A stretch of DNA of 64,000 nucleotides from Rhodosorus marinus CCMP1338 (taxonomy: Eukaryota > Plantae > Rhodophyta), in assembly GCA_029953675.1 (NCBI GenBank), contig JAMWBK010000010.1, forward strand, positions 1 through 64,000. Direction: 5' to 3'. A program made the position numbers and the translations under genes. Under the pieces are notes generated by a model. That model worked only from the letters and a program-made list of their open reading frames with translations, was not told the DNA's origin and searched no databases. Shown piece by piece: positions 9,651 to 22,330 of this stretch (positions are counted from its first letter, which is position 1; the number at the start of each line of letters is the position of its first letter).

Positions 9651-10799
9651 GGTATCGGATTCAATTGGTTCCAGGGCAAACAGGCTTCGAGCTCCCACCT
9701 TATGATCTGGGGTGAGCTAGCAGTTTTCCAGCAGATGGGTGCTGCCTGCCTCTACTTATAGAGTTTGATGCGCCCCAAGGCTTGTGCATTATCCCAGTGT
9801 AGGTGGCAGGGCACGCTATCTTTCGCGACGTCGAGGAGAAAATCGCTTGTACGTCAACTACCAGAAGAATTATTGTTTGAAAGAGACACCGGAACAAGCT
9901 GTTTCATTCTGTTTCAACGAGGTCGTATCTCCCCCTCAGGAGTGAGATCTTGGTCGAGAGCTAAAACCGCTGTATGTGAATCTCAAGTAGAAACCGACCT
10001 AGTTTCTTTCCGCAAATTCTTGTACGTTTTCACGTTATTGCGGGCAGCTTTGGGAAACAAAACAAATCTAATTTTTATTTGAACGTTTTCGCCGGAGGAA
10101 ACTGGATCATTTTTGAAGAGTCGAATACCAAGACCCTGGTGTGCCGGCGAGGATTGAGACCTCTGGACCGGGGGTTTCGGTATGTTTAGAGCTTACTAAC
10201 AGTGTTGTTAGTGATACGCAGCGGTAGGTAGCTGCCGAAAAAAGGCTATGGGATTTCAGTCGAATCAAAGCAGCGGAAAAATGGATACGTCTCGGTTGTA
10301 GCTCCAACCTCACCCATACCCATGCGGGATGAAGTACAGAGGCAGACCATACCCTTGAGAAGCTAGTTGAGTCTTCTGCACCAATGGACCAAAGCAACTA
10401 TGCTAAAAGACCGTTCCTTTCCACCGCAACAACCCGCCGGAACTGCTTGAGGTAGTGGAGGTTTGCTCACCAAATTTAGTCTGACTGACTTAATTTTGAT
10501 GCCTTTTATTAACTTTTGATTGAATGATTGACTGAATTTGATGGCAGTCGTTCGTCCACGTCAGAATCACTTGACTGGTTGGGACCTTTGCTGTGTTTTT
10601 TGCACGGCTCACGGTGGGAGGGAGGGGCTTCTGGGGTTGATTGGTTTACAGACGTTCTCCGCTAACAGACGAATGAAGACAGTGTTGTACAGAGCGGAAG
10701 GGGCTAAACCATGGACTGATGATTCCGCTAACGCCGCTATTCGGGATCCTCATGTTTCTTCCATTTTCGAAGCGCATCAGTTGAATAGCGCTCACTAAA

Positions 10800-11110
10800 T
10801 AAATGCATTTGTTTAATCGGAGGCTGAAAGAAAAGAAGCCCGAGGGAAAAAAAGACTAAGCGTGGAGAAGGTCGCGCTCCCACATCAAAGCAGCGTTCAT
10901 ACGCGACAGCAAGAAACTTAAACGGGTAAACAGCGAGGACAGACGGTCAGGGTTTCGCGGAACAATTCCCGAAGCCAACGAGAACCAACGGAATCCATAA
11001 ACCTAAAGCACTCAATGACCCGAGGTACCAGGCGATGAGCTAGAGCCGAAGCACGAATAACTGGGTGAGTCAAGGCCCCCGCATATTTCAACTATTTGCG
11101 ACGCTCATAT
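10800..11110 (-). mobile_element. Diverged family C (C2) 3' remnant
   Basis: Degenerate match to the C 3' region (gtttaatcggaggctgaaa...gactaagcg...catcaaagcagcgttcat). Confidence 0.75.
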
Positions 11111-11470
11111 TGGCAGCGGCAAATCCGCGGCACTCTCCCGCTAAATAGAGCTCGATGTTCGTATTATTCCATAGAACGCACCAATTTCAAATTGTGAAGC
11201 ATCTAGGCAAACACCCATATTCTTTTCCTCCTTTTTTGTGTGACCTATTTCTCCGGAGTTTTCTACGCCCAGAAAAGCAATCTGTCAAGACTTCATGTTC
11301 ATAGGAGGGGATCACTGCTCAGTTAGACGCATGGAAGTCCACTAGAGCAATATATCTCCCTTGCCTTGAAGAGGGCACCAACCCGATAGTCGAGATCCTG
11401 ACCGCTCTTGCAGCTGGTGCATCTACCGACCCTGTAGGTTCGGAGAATATGATCCAGCACTGCTATATGA

Positions 11471-11619
11471 TGACCGTCTTCAATCGTTGTTTACCCGCTT
11501 AAGTTTCCTGCTGTGGCGCATGAATGCCGCATTGATGTTGGAGGCGCGAGTACTTCGCCGCGCTTAGTCTTTTTTTCCCCTCGGGGTTTTTTTTCAGCCT
11601 CCGATAAAACCATTCGTTC
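11471..11619 (+). mobile_element. Short 5'-truncated family C copy with 9-bp TSD
   Basis: gctatatga at 11462-11470 and 11620-11628 flanks the C ORF end plus UTR. Confidence 0.85.
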
Positions 11620-11799
11620 GCTATATGAGATTATGAGATCTGGGCAGAGCCCTCCTAAGTTCTGCGATTCTCATTGGGAGGCTCGGCCTGACTCAAAAGT
11701 CAGGGTGAGTGACGAGTACAGCGTAAGTGGGCTAAACGAGACCCGCGAGGTCTAAATCCTGGCCAGCTTCAGTGCTTGAATTATGATTTCTCGGTCTAG

Positions 11800-11890
11800 T
11801 ACACGGCGATATTCTACAGGCATACTCGCCGAAGCGCGGCACAGCCGCCTGGGCTTTTCTCCAGTTCCTAGTTTCCTTTTTCGGTCGGGC
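11800..11890 (+). mobile_element. Old degenerate family A 3' remnant
   Basis: cggcgatattctacaggcatactcgccgaagcgcggcacagccgcctggg resembles the A ORF2 C-terminus. Confidence 0.5.
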
Positions 11891-12182
11891 GTTGTCTTCA
11901 CGACGCTGTACATTGGAAAAAATCAAGGTAAACCCAGAAAACGGAGAGAGATGTTTATGGGGTGAAACCCTTCTGTTTCCTCGCAAAAACCTTTCGTTTC
12001 AATTATTTCCAAAACCTGTCTGGAACTGCTCAATCGGATGCAAGTTTCTCATTGAATGAAAAATCTCCTTAGTGGAAAAGTCAGTCAAAAAAATGCGTGG
12101 TCCAATCTGGCTGCTAGGATTGTATGACTGACTATGTTAGTCTTCGAAGGTTGGGAGGAGAAATGAATTCGGCTCGGGGAAC

Positions 12183-12197
12183 GAACGAATGGTTTAA
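12183..12197 (-). mobile_element. 15-nt family C micro-insertion
   Basis: gaacgaatggtttaa (C 3' terminus) between two copies of tcggggaac (12174-12182, 12198-12206). Confidence 0.7.
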
Positions 12198-12876
12198 TCG
12201 GGGAACAGGGCCTGCTGTGGGATATTTCACAAAAGTTTTCCTAAAAGTCAGGCAATACAAAAGGGTCTGGTTTTCGTGGGTTTCAGTGGGATAGCTGGCA
12301 AATAAGGGCTAATGGGCGATTCCAGCTCTTTGGATGAATATGTGGAGAGATGGCCGGTTAATTTTTTAATTTTTATAGCTAAACCGGTTTCTTAGCGGGG
12401 AATACGAAAATGCGAGTGTTTTCCAGAGTTCAGGAGGGGAGGGAAAGTGGGGAAGGCTTTTGTTTCTTGCTTGCCTCGAAAATAGTCTGTTTTCGAGGTT
12501 CCTGAATTTCAATATTGCCACTTTGGTTCTGGTTGGAGTGCGGGAAGGCCCCAACACGAGAGGGGAGCTGGGGCGATTGGTTAGCTGTCCGTTGAGAGGA
12601 TAGAGAATAAGTTCTTCCGAGGAGGTGAAACAGAGGGCAAGGGTTCCGGAGCATCGGTAAAAGAGTTGCTTCAGCTTGACTCGGCCGTGGGAGAATTCCA
12701 GAGTTTGTAGATGATTAAAGTTTTTGCAGGAAGTGGACTGATCGCTTTTCTCACAAGAGCATTGCAAGGGGGTCGACGGAGAGTGCGAAAATAGAAGCGG
12801 ATGCTGCCGCCATTTGTTCTAGCTGCCCTGGTGGTAGCTTTTACAATAACAAGTCCACTTGGAAGACATCTAGTCA

Positions 12877-15800
12877 GCTACAAGACAGAGCTGCAGCGGG
12901 TGGGGATTTTGGAGGGCTCTGCTTCCAGCACTACTTCCAGCGAGAGTGGTGAGGCAGGGGAGCAGACTGAGGGCATGGCGGTGGAGGACGCCCAGGTTAC
13001 TTTGCTGAAGCCCGCGGGATCCGTTCCGCGAGCCTCGCGGAGTGGGAGGCTCACGACTTTGGTGCGGATAGGAGGTAAGAGAGCGAGGACCGACTCCCCC
13101 CGGGTCTAAGGGGGAGAAGCACGATTAGCGCTCCAGGCACGGCTGCGAGGTCGCAGCCTATGGATCTACAGTCTTATGTCCTGAAGGAGGGCGGAGACTG
13201 GGGCATTTGGCGTACGCGTTTTCGGAGTTGGCTCCGGCGGTGGATTTCTTTGGAAGGAGGCTCGCTTCCCCTCCGTGGGGGCATTCCCCCAGTCGTCCTT
13301 CCTCGTGGAGACCTTCTGGTAGCAACCATTCTCGATTTCATCTTCACGAGCCTGGCTCGCAACATTCGGGACACAGTCATTTGGGTTTTTCTGGGGGTCA
13401 TGCCGCGCCTGATTCTGGCCCCCATTCACACATCGGAGCGCAGATGGCGAGTACGAGACCGACTGGCCCTGTTCTTGAAGGGAGACTTCGAAGTACTACA
13501 GCGCAGCTATTTGGCGTCGTCAGCACCATCCGCCCGTCGGACTCGGCATGGCACAGTGTCGCCCGTGCCAGCTCGAGTACAGAAATTGGTAGCAGTGGGC
13601 GATTTAAGTCGAGCGGCGCGGGTTTTGGAGGGCCAGGCGCCTGTCCTCCCCTACGATGATAGTCTCGCCCAGACGGTGTCGTCTTTGTTCCCTGAGTCCG
13701 ACGTGGATTTGTCCCCTGAATTCGAGGTATTCTTGGACCGTCCGGAGTTGGCCAGGTTTCGCATCGATCTGACCCTCAGTGAGTCTGACCTGGAGGATTT
13801 GCTTCGTACCTCGCGTCGGGGACGCTGTCCTGGACCCTCCGGACTAAGAACAGAGCTATTGCAGGCCCTGAGCCAGCCTGGCCAGAGCGCGCTTCTGAGG
13901 ATCCTTAACAAGTTGTTCCAGGGCGTATCGGGTGCGTCCGCGCCATGGGAACATCTCCGGCAGGCACAGCTTTGCTTGCTCACGAAACCTGACCACCAGC
14001 CGGCCCACCCGCGTCTCCGGCCGATCGGGATGGTGGAGAGCCTACGGAAGTTAGCCGGGAGGTGGCTATGCCAGCGCCTTCGCCAGCGCGTCACAGCTTT
14101 TATGGCGCCCTTGCAAGTAGGGGTGGAATTTTCTGGGGGTTGCGAACTGATCACCCATGGGATCGAGCTAGAACGCGCCAGTAGGCCGGAGTGGGGAGTC
14201 TTGGTGGTTGATTTCCGGAACGCATTCAACAGCGTGTCGCGGACGCATGCGCTAGAGGTGCTCCGACGTGTGTTTCCGGAGGCGTGGCCGTTTCTATCGG
14301 GTATTTACGGAGGGGAGAGCCTCCCTACTTGACAACGGAGGGCACTGTTTTTCAAGCACATACTGGCGTCCAACAAGGCGACCCTTGCGGACCTCTTCTT
14401 CATGCCTGCGCCCTACAGCTCGTACTTTTACGTCTTTCGACTGAGGTCTCGGATCTTCGAATCTGCGCGTACCACGATGACGTAACATTGCTGGGCACCC
14501 CTGACACCCTGGCTAGGGGACTGACCGCGATCGAAGCGATTGCACGTCGCGTCGGTTTGACTGTGGAAACAGAGAAATGTCGCTTTCTCCCCGCGAGGGA
14601 CGTGTCGCTGAACTCTCTGCCACCCACTCTGCGACTAATCAGCGAACGTGAAGGGTTCGAACACCACGGCGTCGGATTGGGGACTGACAACTTTGTCCAA
14701 GCATCCTGCGAGCGAGTTTTGGCACGGCACAAGCAACTCACCGACGCCATTGAGCACCTACCCGACAGCATGCTGCAATCGGCCTGCTTGCTTTCCCGCT
14801 TTTGTGCCGGTCCCAGACTCAACTACTGGTTGCGCAGCCTGCCTCCAGCTTGGGGCTCGTGGATCGCGGCTAAAGCCGACGAAATGACCCTGCAACACTG
14901 GGGAACACTCTTGGATGAGCCCCTCGATCTTGAAGCTGCTCCCGACAGGGACTTTATTCGTGCACAGATCGCTCTACCGTTGCGATTAGGGGGATTCGGC
15001 GTCGCAGACCGTGGGCTGGTATGCTCGCCAGCGGCGGTTGCCTCCTGGGCTACCGCGCTGCGAACGTTGGTGACCTTCCGGATGCGAAGTGCCTGCCTCT
15101 TGGCTTGAGCTTTGACCAACGAGGATCCAGTGACCCTGCAGCCCCCGCTTTTGACAATTTATGATGGTCTTCAACACGCGTTCAGGAGGTGCAACGCCGT
15201 GCCGGACGCAAATCGGTCCCGCTTTCGTTCCTGGAGGGAGCTGTTATGGGGACGAGCTGAAGCGATTGAGGATTGTCCCCTCGACCGAGTTCTTGCCGAT
15301 GACGGAGAGGCTAGCCCCGGGTCCCCTGTTGCAGACTACCCGGGTTTGAGCCGATTGTGGAGCTCCCGCACTGATGTGATTCAACATAGCCTCACCTGGG
15401 GCCAACACAGTGCCGCTCACACAGTCATGCTCAATTCTCCTCTCACGCCGCCTACCACTGGCGCTCGTCTCCGCGGCATGGGAGGCCACCTCTCGCACTT
15501 GTGGTTAACCACTCTACCGTCGTCATTGAGTCATCGTCTCGATGCTTTCCAGTTCCGTTCTGCCGCACGGATCTATCTCGGTTTGCCACAGGCTCCGTGG
15601 CACTCTAATCGGCCGTCTTTCTGTCAGGGATGTGAGAGCCGGATTGACGCTTGTGGCTACCACTTCCTGGGTTCCTGCGGACTGTTGCGAGGTCTCCGTA
15701 CGAGGCGTCACACTCGCCTCAAGTACATCCTCAGCGAATCTTTGACTCGGCTAGGGCATACGGTTGAGGTTGAGTCGGAACTGCCCAGATCCATCTCGGA

Positions 15801-16335
15801 CTCTGCACCGCCCCGTTGTATAGCCGATCTCCTCGTCTCCGACGCTGCTGCCAGACGCTCAACATATGTGGACCTTGCGATTATCTGCCCCGTGGCCAGC
15901 CCCCACCTCACCGCAGCCGCCCGCCGCCGGGGGGCCGCGGCTTCAGCCCTTCGAAGAGTTAAGGAACGACGGTATGCTGAGAGCATGGCCAGTCTGCCTT
16001 GCGCTGAGGGTCGCTCTCACCGGTTCCAGCCATTCATTGTGGAAAGCTTTGGTCACGTCGATAAGTCGGGTTTAGAGTGGTTGCGGAAATGTTTTGCTGA
16101 GCATCCTACTGAATATTTGGCGCTCTTGAGGCGTTTAAGTGTCTCCCTTTGGCGATATTCCAGCGACATGCTTTCCGAGGCGCGCCATCAGCGCCTGGGG
16201 TTGCATGCTTCCCTCCCTAGTTATTAGTTCATCTTCACGCCTTGCGTAGCGCTTCAGGCTATGTTAGTAAAGTCCAGTCCAGTCCAGTAAAGTCCAGTAA
16301 AGTCCAGTCCAGTCCAGTAGAGTCCAGTAAAGCCC
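12877..16335 (+). mobile_element. Family A (A1 subfamily) element, truncated within ORF1, with the full ORF2 span
   Basis: ORF1 end, then ORF2 13160-16227, 3' UTR, tail of AGTAAAGTCC/AGTCC units. Candidate TSD agtca at 12872-12876 and 16336-16340. Confidence 0.9.
13160..16227 (+). pseudogene. Family A ORF2: RT plus CCHC plus restriction-like endonuclease (one frameshift ~14320, in-frame TGA 15106-15108)
   Basis: VDFRNAFNSVSR, GVQQGDPCGP, AYHDD, FCAGPRLNYWLR, LPLRLGGFG, CQGC..H..C, ADLLVSD, YVDL, FIVESFG; CRE-clade-like motif set. Confidence 0.88.
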
Positions 16336-16619
16336 AGTCAAGGTCAACTCATACAGCGTTCCGATTCGTGTACAACTGTTGATATAATATTCTATAATAA
16401 ATACAAAATTAAATCGTCAGTCAAAATAACTGCGTATACCAATCATGTTCACGATACACTTCACTGGGGATTGAAGTCTCAGTCATTTTCTGTGGTTAGT
16501 TGGGGTCTCAGCAAATTTTTACCCCAGACTAATGATGGGTTTTGATCTGGGACGGAGGGCCTTTTTTAGTTAAAGACTTGTGACGTCTGCGATTCTACGA
16601 ATTCGATATTTTCAGACCA

Positions 16620-17260
16620 ACTTCATACCGCACTGTCGACGCGGTATGGGAGGTCACCTATCTCACCTGTGGTTAACCACTCTGCCCTCGTCACCGGACC
16701 AACGTCTGGACGCATTCCAGTTTCCTGACTACCGCAAGGATCTACTAGCCGGGTTTGCCACAGGCCCGTTGGCACTCTAGTCGTCCTTCCTTATGCCAAG
16801 CTTCGAGCGTCGTATTGACGGTTGTAGATACCATTCCTGGGCTCGTGTGGACTATTGAGAGGTCATCGTACGAAACGTCACACCCGTCTGAAGTACACCC
16901 TGAGCGAGTATTTGACTAAGGTTGGTCGTACGGTTGCGGTTGAATCTCAACTGCCCCGATCAGCCCTCGGCCACCACGCCCCCCCGTTGCATCGCAGATC
17001 TCCTCGTATCGGACCCCACCGCCAGAAGCTCAGCTTATGTGGACCTCGCTGTCACCTGCCCTGTGTCAAGTACCTATCTACCCTCAGCCGTCCTTCCCCG
17101 GGGGGCAGCAGCTTCTGTACTTCGCGAACTGAAGGAACGACGGTATGCTGAGAGCATGGCCAGTCTCCCCTGCGCAGAGGGCGGTTCTCACAGGTTCCAG
17201 CCTTTCCTTGTGGAAGGCTTTGGGCATCTGGAAAAATCCGGCTTGGAGTGGCTGCGGAGC
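16620..17260 (+). mobile_element. Degenerate family A RLE fragment joined to copia gag
   Basis: ORF 16922-17362 begins with RLE motifs (CIADLLVSD, YVDL, FLVEGFG) and then runs into unrelated sequence. Confidence 0.75.
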
Positions 17261-17269
17261 GGACGGGCC

Positions 17270-19395
17270 AGCACTGGACAGTGCCTTCGCCTCTTCCAGA
17301 GAGGCTGCTCCGGAAGAGGTGTGGGCTGCTCCGGAAGAGGTGTGGGCGACACTACGGGCTAGGTATGAGCCCTCATCACACAAGGCGGTTGAAAAGATAT
17401 GGAGCAGAGTGTACAGGCGGAAACTACACTCGGCTGAAGCCCCTCGGTCCCTGGTTAACTGGTTAGAAAACCAGTTTGCGGAGATACGAGAGATTTCGGG
17501 TGTGCCCACCCATAGAGGATGAGAAAAGACGCGTTCTCATCAAGATACTGGAGGAACGGCGTGAGTACTCAGAGTTCCTGTACCAAGCATGTAAGGATCC
17601 CGATTCGAATTGGATCAGCCTGTGCAAAGACTTCGAAGAATTACACAGGCTGCGAGGATCTAATGTGGATAGGCCTGACAGGTCTACAAAGCCAAAGCCC
17701 ATCGTTAAGAACGAGCCCGAAGAGCATCGTGTTTCGAGGATGACAGCGAAAAAGAAGAAGAAGAACCCCAAACGAATCGTGTGTTTCGGGTGTAAGAACT
17801 TCGGCCACATACGAGCCAACTGCCCTGAGCAGGACAAGGAGGAAAACAGGCCGGAAACGCGAAGATTTCACGCAGGAATGACTGCGGTCAGAGCTCCAGC
17901 GAGGTTCGTGCTGGAATCTGGAGTAACGGACCACATATGCACCTCGGAGATTGCATTCTCGGGCCCCACAAGGATGGTTGACGCTGACGTCACATTCGGG
18001 GACTTGACAACGAAGACCCTCGGCAAGATGGGTACGGTCGAGCTGAAGACGCGAAAAGGAGATACGTTGTCGCTGAAGGACACTATCTACCTTCCAGGCG
18101 GCTCATTGAATGTAGTCAGTCTTAGTAGATTAATGGAAAACGGTTTCTCCATTAGATCTTTAGATGGAAAAACAGTAGTCATAGAAAAGGACGATATCCA
18201 AGTTTTTAAAGCTACCGCCAAGTCTGGTCTTCTTTATACTGATTTGAAAATGAACCGGGACAGCAGCCCAAAAACAGCAGGTCTGTCGTTCCGCAGCAAC
18301 GGAAACACGGATGCCATGGGTTGGCATAGGAGGCTAGGACATCCAGGCGTTGGAGCAATGAAACAACTGCAGAAGGATGGAATTATCAGGGTGAGCGAAA
18401 AGATACCCAACAAGCTCGAGTGTCCCAGTTGTGAAAAGGCAAAAATGATCGCGATGAGTGGAAGGGAAATCACTGAGGAAGGCGGAGACACACGGCGAGT
18501 GTCTACACAGTGATATTGCCGACCCTTTTCCCACGGGAAAAGGGGGAATTAAGTACGTTGGGGTGTTCGTGGACGAAGCGACGGGGTTGCTGAGGCGTAC
18601 GTCCTGGAGCATAGAAGTTTAATCGACGAGGCGCTGCGAGAACACCTGATGAAAATGCGTACCCGATATGGGACTAGTACAAAGAGACTCAAGAGTGATA
18701 ATGCACTTGAGTACAAAAGCATCAAGCCACTGCTGCGCGACTTGGGCATCATCTGGGACCCAAGTGCACCGTACACTCCCTCGAGCAATGGGATCGCTGA
18801 GAGGATGGTGAGAACGGTCTCCGAAAGATTACGAGCCACTATGATCGGTAGCGGGCTACCAGACGATATATGGCCGGAGGCGTTGCCGGTGGTGGTTCAA
18901 AACATTAACCGGACGCCGCGGAAATTTCTAGGCGGAAAGAGTCCACAAGAATCAGTCACCAAGGAGAAACTCAAGATGGAACAGGTGTACCCATTCGGAA
19001 GCGAAACAACTTACAAGGTAACTGGCCCGGGAAAATTGGGGAAGCTGCAAGATAGATCTTCGACGGGAATACTCATGACGATACGAGATTCCCACGTGGC
19101 GAGGATCTATGACCCGTCGACTGATAAATTTGTGGAGGCACGAAGCTGGCGCGTGTCGGAGGACGTTTTCCCTGGCACAAAAATGAACGGGTCTAAGTCA
19201 ACGACGAACGAATGGTGTAATCGGAGGCTGAAACGGCGCAGCCCGACGGGAGGGAGATCTCAATCAATTTGATGCGCAGAGGAGATTCCATGTACGACGT
19301 ACCTGATCCGGAATCTTGGAACGTGGCCATCAACTGGCCCTATGCCAAGGAGTGGAAACGAGCAGCTGCAGAGGAGCTTGGCTCACTGCGTTCCC
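17270..19395 (+). mobile_element. Ty1/copia LTR retrotransposon fragment (gag, protease, integrase; truncated before RT)
   Basis: Zinc knuckle CFGCKNFGHIRANC, degenerate protease LESGVTDH (catalytic D>E), pre-integrase WHRRLGH, integrase RLKSDNALEY and SNGIAERMVRT, WKRAAAEEL. Confidence 0.88.
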
Positions 19396-22330
19396 CAGTG
19401 CTTCAGCATCGCCGCGTCCGTCTTGGCTGCCATCCACGAGCCCCAGTGCGGTGGAAGGCTTCGCAGCCAGTAATTCAGTCGGGACCGGCACAAAAACGGG
19501 AGAGCAGGCATGCCGATTGGAGCATTCTGTCCGGTAGGCGCTCAATGGCGTCGGTGAGCTGCTTATGGCGTGCTAAAACTCGTTCGCAAGAGTCTTGGAC
19601 GAAGTTGTCACTCCCCAAACCGACGCCATGGTGCTCGAGCCCCTCACGTTCACCAAAGACTCGGAGACTAGATGGCAGGGAGCCCCTCGAAACTTCACGC
19701 GGGCCGAGAAAACGGTATTTTTCGGGTTCCACGATTAGACCTACTCCACGTGCGATTGCTTTGATCTGGGTCAATCTCCGAACCAAGGTCACAGGGGTGC
19801 CCAGCAACGTCACGTCGTCATGGTAGGCGCAGATTCGAAGATCCGGCACCTCAGCGGCCAGTCGCAGGAGCACAAGCTGCAGGCACAGGCGTGAAGTACA
19901 GGACCACAACGATCACCCTGTTGAACGCCAGTACGTGCTGCAAAAACAGAACCCTTCGTTGTCAAGTAAGGGAGGTTCCTCCCTCCGTAAATACCGGATA
20001 GGAACGGCAGTGCCTCCGGGAATACCCTTCGAATCACTTCCAAAGCATCATGTGTCTGGGTTACGCTATTGAACGAGATACGGAAATCAACCACCAAAAT
20101 GCCCCAATCCGGCTACTGGTTCGCTCCAGCTCGATCGCATGGGTGATCAGTTTGCAGCCCTCGGAAAATCCCACCCCTACCTGCGAAGGCGCCATAAAAG
20201 CGGTGACTCGCTGGCGTAGGCGCTGGCAAAGGCACCTCCCTGCTAGCTTCCGTAGACTCTCTACCATGCCGATCGGCCGGAGACGCGGGTGTGCCGGCTC
20301 GTGGTCGGGTATCGTCAGCAAGCAAAGTGTGCCCGTCGCAGATGGTCCCAAGATGCAGACGCACCCCCTGCACCCTGGAACAGCGTATTCAGGATCTTCA
20401 CCGGTGCGCTCTGGCCAGGCTTGCTCAGGGCCTGCAGTAACTCCGTTCGTAGCCCGGAGGGTCCAGAGCAGCGTCCAAGACGGGAGGTCCGAAGCAAATC
20501 CTCCAGACCAGACTCACGGAGCGTCAGGTCGGTGCGTAACCTGGCCAATTTTGGACCGTGCAAAAATGCCTCGAATTCGGGGAGCAAATCCACGTCGGAC
20601 GAAGGGAACAAAGACGACATGGTCTGGGAGAGACTTTCATCGTAGGGGAGGACAGGCGCCTGTCCCTCCAAAACTCGCGCCGCTCGACTCAGGTCGAGCC
20701 CGGCGGACAGAGGGCTCCGATGACGCCAAATAGCTTTGCTGCAACACCTCAAATTCCCCCTTCAGGAACATGGCCAGTCGTTCTCGGACGCACCATCTAC
20801 GCTGCGATGTGTGAGTGGGTGCCAGAATCAGGCGCGGCATGACCCCCAGAAATTCCCACATGACGGTTTCACGAAGGTTACGCGCCAGGCTCTTGAAGAT
20901 GAAGTCCAGGATGGTCCCAGCCACTAAGAGCTCTCCGCGAGGTAGGACGACAGGCGGAATCCGGCCGCGGAGGGGAAGCGAGCCGCGTTCGGAAGAAATC
21001 CATCGCCGGAGCCAACTCCGCAGGCGCGTACTTCAGATGCTCCAGTCCCCGCCCTCATTCAGGACATAAGACTGCAGGTCCATGGGCTGCGAGCTCGCAG
21101 CCGTGCCCGGGGAGCTAATCGTGCTTCTCCCTCCCAGATCCGGGGGAGTCGGTCCTCACGCGTTTGCCTCCTAACCTCACCAAACTGGTCAACCGGACAC
21201 TCCGCGAGGCTCGCGGAGTGTCTCCCCCGGGCTTCAACAAAGAAATAGGGGCGTTCTCGACCGGCATGCCCTCAGGCTCCCCTTCCCCGCCACTCGCACA
21301 ATGGACAGCTGCGGGTATCACACTGGTCTCGCGCTCAAAGAGCCCTGCTGTTTCTCCGGGAGAGAGTAAAGTGCCCAAAAAACGGTCGAACCCGAAATGC
21401 AGTACGACCTGGGTTGAGAACGCAACCAGCGGGCGCTCTCAGGCCACTGCTCGGTAGGCTTCTCCAGCAGGGCCTGCAGGTACGTGGCCGCGGTTGCATA
21501 GACCACAAAGAGGACATCGCGACCCTCAGAATTTTCGAAGATGAAATCCTCGCGGCTACACCCCAAAGACTCCGGAAAAATATCCCGAACATCTCGCATG
21601 GACGGGACCTGGCCCAGTGTAGTCTGGGGCCGGACGTTGCGCACCCAGAGAAATTGAAAAGTAGTCGCCGCAGGTCCGCCCTGCTGCTCGCGAGAGGGCA
21701 AAAATCTTAGCATGGCCGCCGTCCGTGCGGCTGTGGTACCCTTCCGCAAAACCGAGACGCAAAACGCCCCCCCTTGGGACCACCGCACCCCCCCTGACCT
21801 GGAGCTGTCGCCCACCTGAGGGATGGCCCAGGACCGGAAAGTCCGCTCCCGCTGAGGGAACATTCGAAGGATTAGGCAACTCTGCACACCTCTCCGAAGA
21901 GGCGCCAGCCGCGGAACCACCTTTGTCACCTCCAGATCTCGGAGCTGCCCTCGCCTGTCCCGGGACAGGTTGTTGATTGACCTGGGGAAGTTGACTGTCT
22001 TCCGCCAACTTGGCCACTCCGCTGGAATTCAAATTCTCACCCGAATTTGAATTTTCCCTGGCCAGGAGACCCGATTCCAACCCCCCTAGCTTCCGGGTGA
22101 GTAGAGGAATGACACCTCGATCGCCCGCGACCGTAACCAGGCTTGTTACAAGAGAGAGCAGGGCACGTACTTGCGTACCAGAGGCGCCCTGTAACTCCAC
22201 CTGCGTGGAGAAAGGGCCCGCGCTAAGATACACTCTGTGTCCACCCCCAGTAGAGATCTCTGCCCGCGGGATCTCCGGACCCTCAGGAGAAGCCCCGGCA
22301 ACCTACCACGAAACCCGAAAAACGGGTGGA
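19396..22330 (-). mobile_element. Degenerate family A copy (ORF1 plus RT region, 3' part missing)
   Basis: ORF1 motifs (LQFLWVRNVRPQTT) and RT motifs (AYHDD, GVQQGD) across several broken frames. Confidence 0.82.

Noticed and set aside
11686-11703. CCTGACT-caaa-AGTCAGG hairpin as a terminator
   Set aside because: A 7-bp stem with no U-tract or associated gene; expected by chance in 64 kb.
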